A DNA stretch of 64,000 nucleotides. Origin: Octopus sinensis (Eukaryota). The number at the start of each line of letters is the position of its first letter. Position 1 is the stretch's first letter. Below are positions 53,149 to 64,000 of this stretch, one piece after another. The position numbers and the translations under genes are program-made. The notes beneath the pieces were generated by a model, which worked only from the letters and a program-made list of their open reading frames with translations, had not been told where the DNA came from and ran no database searches. Location: assembly GCF_006345805.1 (NCBI RefSeq), contig NC_043002.1:59830001-59894000 (forward strand), given 5' to 3'.

Positions 53149-54302
53149 GGTTTTCCGGAAAGTTCGTGTCGTTTTTTAAAGGAAGAAAAAGGTCAATAAA
53201 TACTGACATTACATTTTTAACCAACCAAATATGAACCATTTTGTTGCACAATGCGTCATCTTTCCTTTAACTTGAAAATACTCTTTTCCCAGAATTGAGG
53301 TGGTTTCATGGCAAAGAATTAAGCAAGGTATTTTTTTACGTCATCCAAGGAATTGAAATTTTTACCCTTAAGACTATACTGTACAACCCTGAATAAGTGG
53401 AAATCCGAAGGAGCAATATCTGGTGGATATGGAGGGTGGAGTAACACATCCCAGCCAAGCTACAGCAATTTTTGTCTAGTTCCCAAAATATATACGGTCT
53501 TAATTATCATGTTGGAAAACAACACACTTCCTGTTGGCCAATTCTAATCGTTTCTCTTGAATTGCTGCTTTTAACTCGTCCAGTTGTGTGCAGTATTTCT
53601 CAGAATTAATTGTCTGGTTAGTTGGGAGAAGCTCATAGTACAGAATTCCTTTCCATTCCCACCAGACTCAAAGCAAGAGTAATTTAGAGTGAAGATCCGC
53701 TTTTGGGATGGCTAAGGGTGGCTCTTGTTGGTTACTCCAGGATCGCTTTCTCTGAACATTTCGGTAGATAATCCATTTCTCATCACCTGTCACAATTTGC
53801 TTTAAAACAGGCGCGTTTTCATTCCGTTTATAAAGCGAATCACTGATGGAAGCGCGATCCAAAAGCTTCTTCTCACTCAACTTATGTGGTACCCAAATAT
53901 CGTAGCGATTTGGTGATCATCTGTAATGGATGGTCTGCCTGATCGCTCTTTATCAGTAAGGCTACAATCTCCAGCTCGGAACCTTGAGAACCACTTTCGT
54001 ACAGTTCTTTCGTATAAGGGAACATCAGCGTAAACGGCACATATTTCTTTGGTTGCTTGTGAGGCATATTTCCCTTTATGGAAAAAGAAAAGTATCAGGT
54101 GCCGAAAATGAACTTTCTTGTCTTCCATAGAAACATAAACCTTCTTCTTATAGAAACATAAACCTTCTTCCACGAAAAGATAGCTTAAACTGTGCTCTAA
54201 ATGGAGGTGTAATAAAATCCTATTTTATGGACTCAACCATATTCTGAAATAAGTCGAAACCTAAGCTACTATAAATCGGCACGAACTTCCTGGACAACCT
54301 AA
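53146..54302 (-). mobile_element. Mariner (DD34D, mellifera-like) transposon, decayed
   Basis: TIRs TTCGGTTTTCCGGAAAGTTCGTGTCG / CGGCACGAACTTCCTGGACAACCTAA with TA flanks; MEDKKVHFRHLILFFFHKGK..RSGRP, IVTGDEKWI, VVFQHDN, HPPYPPDIAPSDFHLF. Confidence 0.93.
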
Positions 54303-54396
54303 TATATATAACATATATATAACAGGGAATCTTATATATATAATATATATATATAATATATATATATATATAATATATATATATATATTATATATA

Positions 54397-54449
<53 letters not shown>

Positions 54450-54466
54450 CATATATATATATATAT

Positions 54467-54653
54467 ATATAATATTAATTAGAGACAAAACCACTATTAT
54501 GCAAATCAAACAAAGAAAGACTTAATCCAATACATAAAAAATTTTATATAAATTAAATATAATTAAGATTATATAAATTTTTTTATGTATTGGATTAAGT
54601 CTTTCTTTGTTTGATTTGCATAATAGTGGTTTTGTCTCTAATTAATATTATAT
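54467..54653. repeat. Perfect ~75-bp-arm inverted repeat, followed by an AT-rich tail related to 48015-48110
   Basis: AATATTAATTAGAGACAAAACC..CCAATACATAAAAAA and its exact reverse complement. Confidence 0.92.
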
Positions 54654-55048
54654 TATATTTTACTATAAAATTGGATTCAATCCTAAATCTGATTTTTCCC
54701 TGTAAATTTGGATTTATTCCCTAATATTTATTATTATTATATATATATATATATATAATATATATATATATATTATATATATATATACATACATACATAC
54801 ACGCACATACACACACAGTCACAGACAGACAGGCAGATACACGCACACACATATATGGTATATCGCACGTTCGGATGGCGTGCCTTCGCCAATAACGTAC
54901 CTCTACTCAACTACCGAACTCTCACTTCCGAAGACTCGACATCTAAACCACCGATGGCTCCGGCTCGCTCTACTCGACGCTTCTATTCTAGGTATTACGT
55001 CCACTATTATGCATTTGACTAGCCTACTAATCCTCTGGAGGCATGCAC

Positions 55049-55081
<33 letters not shown>

Positions 55082-55086
<5 letters not shown>

Positions 55087-56042
55087 ATTATAAAAGGCAG
55101 ATTTTATCTGCCTCCCTTTGTCTCTTATAGAAATCTACAATATAGGATTTCTTCAATTACAATTTACCTAGCATGTTTAAGAGTAGAATGCATCGGGTCG
55201 TGCCAGGTCCGGTTTTTAAAATTTCAACCCCAATTAAGCAAAATTTAGAGAAAACTCACATTGTGGTGTGTAAGTGAAGTGCTTTTCTTAGTGTGGGCTA
55301 CAGCACACGCACACTAAAACGGAGCGATCTGCTTCACTCACGCTATCACCCTAATTTCTCCCACTTTCTCTTTGCAAGTGTACCTTAAACCACTACTAAA
55401 AAAAAACACAGCAAACAGAAACAAATAAATACATAACGATTTACTCCTCACATAATTTCTTCAATTAGAGTTTACCTATGATTTTTCAAAGTACTTCCAT
55501 TCGGTCATGCCATACAAAATTTCTTTCAATTTCACCCCCAATTAAGACAAAATTCGAGAAAACTCAATATTTTAACATTTCATTTCGAAGCCTTTACTCT
55601 GCATATTACTCCCACTTCCTATTTACACACATAGACACGCAAATATATAAATAAAATCGTAAGCTAACGTGTGTGCGTGTGTGTGAGTGTGTGTGTGTGT
55701 GTGTGCGTGTGTTTGTGTGTAAGGGTGTGTGTTTGTGTGTGTGATCGCCCAAAAGTGTATATAGATATTTAAATGTATTTATATATTCATCTATACACAC
55801 ATGTATGTATAATGTGTGTGTATATATTTCCATAGAGGTAACCATTCACTCCATACAAAGTTTTTTAGGACGAAAATAACATCAAAAGTTATCGCTAAGA
55901 AGCAGAAAGATCGCCCAAAAGTGTATATAGATATTTAAATGTACTTATATATTCATCTATACACACATGTACGTATAATGTGCGTGTATATATTTCCATA
56001 GAGGTAACCATTCAATCCATACAAAGTTTTTTAGGACGAAAA
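55082..56042 (+). mobile_element. Helitron-like 5' segment with internal duplications
   Basis: Starts A|TCTCTATTATAAAAG; 55147-55258 is similar to 55455-55567; 55743-55877 is nearly identical to 55908-56042. Confidence 0.6.
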
Positions 56043-56889
56043 TCTTTATATATAAAAGAAAGGTTGTGTGTCTGTCTACTCCGATTTTGATTCCTAACTA
56101 CTCTCACATTTTGCGATGCAGTTTAACAAAAACCGATTATCTTATAGTCGTGATTCATATCGAGCCCTTCTGGGTATTAGCGTCTGTCTAGTATGAGTCT
56201 ACGATTTTACAAATAATTTACCATCATTTTCGTCCATTTTAATGCATATTTTTTTAAATAAAGGGAAGTAACTCTCAAACTTCACACCAATATGCGTGCT
56301 CATACGCGACGTAATATCACATCAGCAGCATTTCCTCACACCCTCCTTGCACTTGGCGAAGGCAAAATACCAGGGGATGAAAATGGTAATATTGCCATCG
56401 ATTCCATTTGTACCATTGTTAAGACGCCTTCTGATCTCAGAGATGCAGTGTTCCAAGATCTACAAGCTAATTATCAGAATATGGATTGGATTGGCCAAAA
56501 GGCTGTACTGGTCCCGAGGAATAAAACTGTTCACCATATTAATGATGAAATGCTAAAACTCATTCCTGGGGAAGTCTATGTATATCAGTCTAGCAATACA
56601 ACTCCTGACCCACAGGACGTCATCAACTATCCAATAAAGGTACTCACTTCCTTTGAGCACCCCAGACTAACACCACACATTCTCAAACTTAAAGTTGGTG
56701 CCCCTATAATGCTCATCAGAAATTTGGTTCCTCCAAAACAATGCAATGGCACACGTTTGATCGTTAAGTCCTTATCTCCCAGCATAAACTTATATCAATA
56801 TTTGCCTGAATAATCATCATAATTCAGTGCAATCATTAACAGTACTTTCAAGCAATTCAGCCCCGAGCAACGCCGGGCAATTCTGCTAG
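56043..56889 (+). mobile_element. Internally deleted Helitron carrying a PIF1 helicase fragment
   Basis: 5' TCTTTATATATAAAAG; ORF 56292-56813 with LLALGEG, AVLVPRN, LKLKVGAPIMLIRNL..CNGTRLIV; 3' hairpin CCCGAGCAACGCCGGG and CTAG|T. Confidence 0.93.
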
Positions 56890-56929
56890 TATATATATAA
56901 ATATATATATATATATACATATACTCATT

Positions 56930-57765
56930 GGCTTTTTTTCCAGAAATTTAGTACCCTTAGCTTAGATTTTTGGGGCCTACCAATTTTGAACATTCTCAAG
57001 TTTAACAGGATGATACTGTAATGATGATTGAAAGCTTGACTGATGAATAGAAAGCCACGAATATTCCGTCCTGGTTTTCCTGTCCATCTGTTACTATGTT
57101 GTTATTGTCTTCCGATTCGATCTTGTTCCTTTTTTTTATTTATATATACATATAGCGGCGTACGTACACCTTTGCTCAGCTTGTAAATATATATCTAAGT
57201 TCTGTGCGACTTTCTTCTTTCTTTCCTCTTTTCTTTGTTTCACTCCCCCTCTCTCACATTTCTTGTCATTCTCTTACTTTAATCTCTCTACTTTCCTCTG
57301 TTATATCCCTTGTACGTTTCCCCCCTCTCCCTCTCGAGTTCCTTCACAAAATCTTCAATCTCTCTGTTTCTCCCACGTTATCGGTACTCGGCCAAGCTTG
57401 ATCTTTCTTGGCCTGACCACCGCTCGCACGAAACCTCATTTTTCTGTCTCCTGACCGTAATCCATGCTTGTTGCTGCAAGGCTTCCACCTCACGTGCCAG
57501 CTTAACTTCATTACTCGCTTTTCTTCCTTGTTGTCGCACATTTTCACTAGCTTTCTTCCCAAAATCTCATGCCTTTGGCTTAGAGTTTTGGGGCCTGCCA
57601 CTTTTTATCGGTCTCAAGTGTAACGGGCCGAAACTGCAATGATGATTGGAAGCTTGACTGATGAATAGAAAGCCACAAATATTGTGTTCTTGTTTTCCTG
57701 TGCGTCTTTTTATCATCCATCTGTCCGTATATTTTTATTGTCGACCGTTACGTTCTTGTTCCATC
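56930..57765 (+). mobile_element. Non-coding element with ~200-bp direct repeats (56930-57130, 57550-57765), related to 27321-28264
   Basis: Shared AATGATGATTG(A/G)AAGCTTGACTGATGAATAGAAAGCCAC; CT-rich interior; (TA)n flanks. Confidence 0.72.
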
Positions 57766-58969
57766 TTGGATGCTTCTATATATATATATATATATATATA
57801 ATAATATATATATTATATATATATATATTATATATATATTGTGTGTGTATATATATGCATATTTGGGTGGGTGGGTGTGTTGTGCGTGTGTGTATGTATG
57901 TATATTTAATTCTGTGGTAATGCTTCAATTTGTAAAAAACTCGATCAGCTAAGAGATTAAAAATAATCCTAAATTAGATTAAACATATCTTGCACACAGC
58001 TACCCAGGGTTTCCTGGACGAACTACTTTCCCTCGTATTTAGATGTTTTTTTTCTTTCTTATCGAACAGGGAATCTTATGTCAACGATAATCATGAATTA
58101 AAAGAAGAAAATATTTGCGGTCGTTTTTGGGATTCAATATTTACGTCATATATCTCTGTTTATAAACATACTTTCGCTGTTGCTTGGCAAGTGGCTTCCT
58201 ACTTCGCTTCTTGCGCGAAAATGTGGTTGGTTTCGTTATCTGCAATCAATACGTTATTAATTTGAATGAAATTTTTGGGCAAAGCCCTGTTCTGATGCAT
58301 GCAAGAATTAATCGCTGTTCATTCCTTTGTTATATTCCATTGCTCGAGGCCACTTGAGTTTATGCATAACTGAGGTTTTCGGACGGAAATACACTAGCAA
58401 CAATTAAATTGTTTTTTTGTTGTAATGTCGATATGATAGGATACAGAATAATGCTTATACATATAATGGGAAATAAAAGAATAATATGGAATATTTAAAC
58501 TTAAGTATGATCATGAAGTTTAATATAGATAACAAGAGAAAATAATTGTCATTTAACACTGCAAAATAATGTTTGACTTAAATTGAGACGGATTTCGTTC
58601 TGCTACTTATATTGTACGATATATAACCACTTTTATCTCTCAAAAAGTTAAACGCCTCAAAAACGAACAATTTCACATGAGAGATAACGGTAAAACATAG
58701 AGAATGTTTCGATACGTGAATGATACAGAGAAACAACTAGGTAATTCAGTGGAAAATATTTACAGGTGTTTCGGACCACGTTTGTTAATATATTCCATGG
58801 AATATATATACGCTGGGTACCACCTTTAATCATTAGGTGTTACCCAGCTACACCAGATAACCAGGGCGTATGTATATGGTGGTTGGGGTGGAAACGAAAG
58901 AACGAAACATATACGTTCACACGCGCGCGCGCTCATATACACGGAGCAACACGTAAAAAAGACGGCGTT

Positions 58970-59068
58970 ACGTATTTAATCGACCCAGAAAGCATGAAAG
59001 CTAAGTTGATCTCGGCGGAATTTGAACTCAGAAAATAACGGCGGCAGACGAAATACCGCTAAGCATTC
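58970..59068 (-). mobile_element. SINE family B fragment
   Basis: CTCGGCGGAATTTGAACTCAGAA..GCAGACGAAATACCGCTAAGCATT. Confidence 0.8.
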
Positions 59069-59146
59069 TTCTCCTAAATATTAAGAAAAATACGCATCTA
59101 CTCATAGCTTTAGTTCTATTCTTCCCGTTTGCATCACCATAGCTGT

Positions 59147-59205
<59 letters not shown>

Positions 59206-59270
59206 TAATACAATTGTTTGTTTGTATTCCACCTGCCTTCGTCTTTTGTCTAGTTTCATAAAGCTTCCCG

Positions 59271-59323
<53 letters not shown>

Positions 59324-59622
59324 ATATTATATATATATATATATATATAAACGAGTTTGTATGGTTGTGTATAGAGGGATATATATTATGCCTATTGTTT
59401 ATGTTTTATTTATATTCTTTATAGTATTAATGTAGAATATAGAATAAATAATATAAATTATATATATAGTAAAATGAAATGAAGTATTGATTGTCTTATT
59501 GAATAGATGAAATACTAAATATCAAATATTAAGGGACTAGTATACTTTTTTGCATTTAAGCAGTCTTCAAGGACCCAGGTTGTGACAGGAATGTTTCAAC
59601 ATATATATATAATATATATATG

Positions 59623-59656
<34 letters not shown>

Positions 59657-60382
59657 ATATAATATATATATATATATTATATATATCATTAAGAAACATC
59701 CTTTTCAGGATGTGAATATCCAATACTCGAATATTAATCGTCACGAGGTTTTAAATAGTCACCTTACGGTTTAAACTTTGCACCAAATAATTATTTGTGC
59801 CTCCATCGCCAATGAAGAAGAGTGATGTAACGAAATATTGAGAAAAAGTTTTAGAATTTTTTTTGCATAAAGGCCAAGCTTTTGCTTTATTGAAAGGTAG
59901 GTTGAGTGCGTGTGTTTGAGTGTTTGCGTGTGTGTGTGTGTATGTGTGCGCGCATGCGTGTGTGCGTCACAGAGACAGTGAGAGAGACAGATACACGGAC
60001 AGACAGAGAGAATATACTCATACTAACACAACACACACTGACACAGACACATACCCGAACACACAGAAACACACATATATGTCTAAATATCATTCTTCAT
60101 ACGCTATGCACTTACATAACATCTATAGTTTAAATGATCTGAGTCAGGAAAAAAAGGAAAAACCTGAAACGAAAGATGCAGGTTACATAGCTTGTTAATG
60201 GCAATGCATAAAATGCGTGCATTGGTCGGCATGTTGGCGCCATCGGGCGATTATTGTTTTTCTCAATAATTTGCGACGATCATTGCTATATTGAGAAAAG
60301 CCTCCGGGGTAATAGCGAAGCTTAGCCTGCTATTCGTACCTAGATATACACACATAAATACACATACCACACACGGATACAT

Positions 60383-60422
<40 letters not shown>

Positions 60423-60490
60423 TATATATATATACCTTTATACATATAGAAGTACATATACAATATATATATATAAATATATATGAGTAG

Positions 60491-60555
<65 letters not shown>

Positions 60556-61047
60556 TGTATGTATGTATGTATGTATGTATGTATGTATGTATGTATGTAT
60601 TTATATATATGTTGCTGCTACATTAAATGACGTTTTCATTGCCTTTTAATTTTGTTAGTACCACTAGATCTGAGCGCGAGAGCAATGGTGATAGTTAAAC
60701 ATTTATCTGCAAAATTCTGCTCGCATTGAAAACAATCAGATAATACTATGAAGCATTGGCGATCGTGATGGGTTTGGTGCAGGTGACTGTAGTTATCGTT
60801 GCTGAAGCTCCTTGAATGAATCACCGGCGATAGTGGTTTTCTTTTTTGTATAATATATTTCGAACACTGAAGTTGTAATTAAACGTCGGAAAGCCATATT
60901 AAGTAAAATGCGAATGTAATGAAATTGGACACCAAGGTGGAGAGATGCTGTACACCCATAGATGTTTGTATGCATTCACTTATACATGTGTATGCGTATT
61001 GTTTTCATATGCATATCCGGCTGTATATAACTTATTACTGGTATATA

Positions 61048-62496
61048 CAGGGTGCAGTGAATAAACTGTCATCTACATTACGCAAAAATATAAAGGGATC
61101 GATGAACTCTCTTGCAGATGCATTATACGGACACAGACTGTCTGACGTTGGCTGGCCGCAAAAGATGTCATCCTGGGGCTAAAACAGCATCGTCGTTACA
61201 GGACTGTCATGTTACGTTGGTATATAAACATTACTATCCAGTACTGTTATCGTATTTCTCTCGCTCAGACGTTTAAAACGTGTTGTTTTTCTCGAAATGA
61301 GATCAACGACTGTGTGTCGCTTAAAGAATATATAGTATATATGCTTATCCACATGCCGACATGCACTCTTACATACATGTATACAATGTATACATGTAGT
61401 TGGCGATTGTCCCGTACTGAGGAGGGATAACATGCAGAAACCAAGGTCTGCGAGCATCACGTAAACCTAGAGAGGAGAGCGATGACCTTTCTTCCAAATG
61501 CTATCTAGGGACACAGACTGTGTGTCGATAGCCAGCAGGAAAAGTTGTTTTCCTGGGGCTAAAACAACAGTAACATCGTCCTTTACAGGACTGCCACGTT
61601 ATGTTGCCATGTAAACATTACTATCCGGTACTGTTACTTTTTTTCTCTCGATCAGTGATTTAAAATTGATTTTTTTCTCGAAAATAACAGACATCTCATT
61701 CTAACATATATATTTACCAAAATTACTTAAAGTATCTTAAAATACTAAAGAGTAAATTTATTCAATAAAATCCCTATTGGCTTCAACTACGGGCTCCAGA
61801 AGACTTCGGAATCTCCCGAAACTCTTGTGGACGGTCTCCGTGTTTAAGGTGATAAATGCTGCCATAATCCATGCCTTCAGTTCATCTTTGGTCTTATGAG
61901 GAGTTTTGTTGGCTCCTTGATCAACTGCACACCACACACAATCATCAAGGGGCTGCAGTCTGGGAGTTAGGTGACCAGATGTTAGGGGTCATATGGTCGC
62001 AGATATTGTCTGGCAGCTTTGAGTGAATTTTCTTGCTTGTGTGGCATGGTGCAGAGTACTATTGCCAGACATAGGAACATCCAGCAGCCAACCTCTTTAT
62101 CCAGGGCAGGTATACCTCCCCCAGGTATTTGATACAGGCCTCCGTGTTGCGTGTGAGATAGTGTGGGAAATTGAATGCAAGCATGATATCACCATCACTG
62201 TAGAGCACTTCAAATACTCTGATGGTGACGGGATGTTTGATTTTTAACACTCTCCTCATATATTCGTAATGGAGCTCCTAGCGCATCGTATTGGAGCTTC
62301 CGACGCGATTGCCAAGCGGCACAGCGTGTCGTTTCCAAATTTCTGGCAGTGTGATTTGCGTCATGGAGCTGTTTTTCTTACACACAGTGGCCAACAGACC
62401 CTACCATACTGTGTTTTCGACAAAGTCAAAAACAAACAATACGCATGCGCAAAATTTAAGGATATAGAATGGCAACAATTTACCTATCACAACCTG
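61048..62496 (-). mobile_element. maT/DD37D-like Tc1-mariner transposon, internally deleted, with a duplicated 3' region
   Basis: Imperfect TIRs CAGGGTGCAGTGAATAAACTGT / ACAATTTACCTATCACAACCTG; minus strand YLPWIKRLAAGCSYVWQ*YSAPCHTS..NIWSPNS..VW..KTPHKTKDELKAWI; ATG at 62364; 61130-61298 repeats at 61510-61683. Confidence 0.82.
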
Positions 62497-62523
62497 TGTA
62501 TATACATACATACGTACATACAT

Positions 62524-62579
<56 letters not shown>

Positions 62580-63532
62580 AACAAAGCAATGAAACTGCAA
62601 ACACCCATGCCAGTATATTTGGTGCCCCAGCATGGCCGCAGCCTCTAATTGAGACCACTCAAGAAATAGAAGAATAAAAGAATAATATATAATATATATA
62701 TAATTGTATACATGTATGTAAGAGTGCATGTCGGCATGTGGATAATATTTAAATATATGTATGTGTGTGTGTGTCTGTATGTAAATATAATATATATATA
62801 TATATATATATGTATACATTCATATATTCATTATGTCAATTTTATATCACCTATCTGTGTCTTTCTATATTTCGTTACAGATGTCTCATTCTGGCCAAAC
62901 AGAAAAAATATTAAGATTAAACTACATTACACAAACAGACAGACAGACAGACACACACACACACACACACACACCACACACACACACACGAATATATACA
63001 CAACAGGATATACACAACATGATTATATTCTCATACATTTGTGTATATGTATGTGCATATCTGCGTGTGTTTATGTGTGTATTTGTGTGTACGAGGCCGA
63101 TATTCGAAAAAAAAAAGTAAATAATAGTAAAATAATATCAGAGACAATAAAAAAGCAGAAAATTTAATACAAAATTACAATGAAGAGAAACAGCAGAATA
63201 ATATGTAGAGGGAAAATGCTATTGAGAACGAGGAGAAAATGGCGGAAAACCAGTAAGAGTGAAAGATAATAACAAAAATAGAATATACAGAGATTTGGAA
63301 AAAAAAAGATATACACAATATTAAATACGACAAAATGTGGACAAAAAATATTTAATAAAGGGTGAATCGAATTGTATACAAGATTAAATTTCGTTAAATA
63401 TTCTTCGTTTATATTATATTTAGTTTTCATATTATCGTATAAAAGATTTTCTTTCAAAAATTTGTCTTATTGTCACGTTCTCTCTTGCTTTCTCCATCTT
63501 TCTCTGCTCGTCTGTTTTGTCTCTCTTGCATA

Positions 63533-63618
<86 letters not shown>

Positions 63619-64000
63619 CCATCCATCCATCCATCCATCCATCCATCCATCCATCCATACATACATACATACATTCACGCACACACACACACATATATAT
63701 ATTTATATACATACATATACATACACATATATATATGTACATATATATACATGAACATATATGCACATACAAACATACATATATATATATTGAGAGAGAG
63801 AGAGGGGGGAGTAGGGCAGGTAAAATTTGCGCTACATATGATTCGTAACTAGCAGTTCATCTGGGGTAATAATTACTCAAACATCAGTACTCAGGTATCC
63901 ATTCTTCAGCCCGAAAGTACCGAAATTATATGAAAGTTTCATTGTGGTCAAGGCATCGGAAGTTAACTCACCGAAGGTTATTTTTGAAATGTGACAGTTT

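Noticed and set aside
56292-56813. Host PIF1 helicase gene
   Set aside because: Partial domain lying between Helitron 5' TC and 3' hairpin-CTAG termini.

Overview
AT-rich eukaryotic, repeat-dominated intergenic/intronic DNA, most likely from an octopus (cephalopod): dense (TA)n, (AAT)n, (TATC)n, (TATG)n and (CA)n microsatellites plus tRNA-derived SINEs resembling octopus OR/OK-type families (taxon is inference). No intact host gene is supported, and most ORFs in the supplied track are microsatellite read-throughs. Recognisable content: a near-full-length decayed R4/Dong-clade LINE and about 8 further RLE-LINE fragments, mostly at (AAT)n; a young GC-rich 5'-truncated Tx1/L1-clade LINE inside (TATC)n; a Penelope GIY-YIG fragment; CR1/L2 and RTE 3' ends; mariner, maT (DD37D-like), piggyBac (interrupted by a hAT MITE with an 8-bp TSD) and Helitron elements; and three SINE families. 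Most notable: (1) type I hammerhead ribozymes with intact catalytic cores at 45007-45065 (-) and 48775-48858 (+), in non-coding Penelope/retrozyme-like repeats; (2) a SINE whose 3' tail matches the 3' end of the (TATC)n-inserted Tx1 and which itself sits in a TATC-containing 17-bp TSD; (3) a ~540-bp non-coding retroposon found repeatedly at (AAT)n. Together these suggest retroelements partitioned among microsatellite targets, each with non-autonomous partners.
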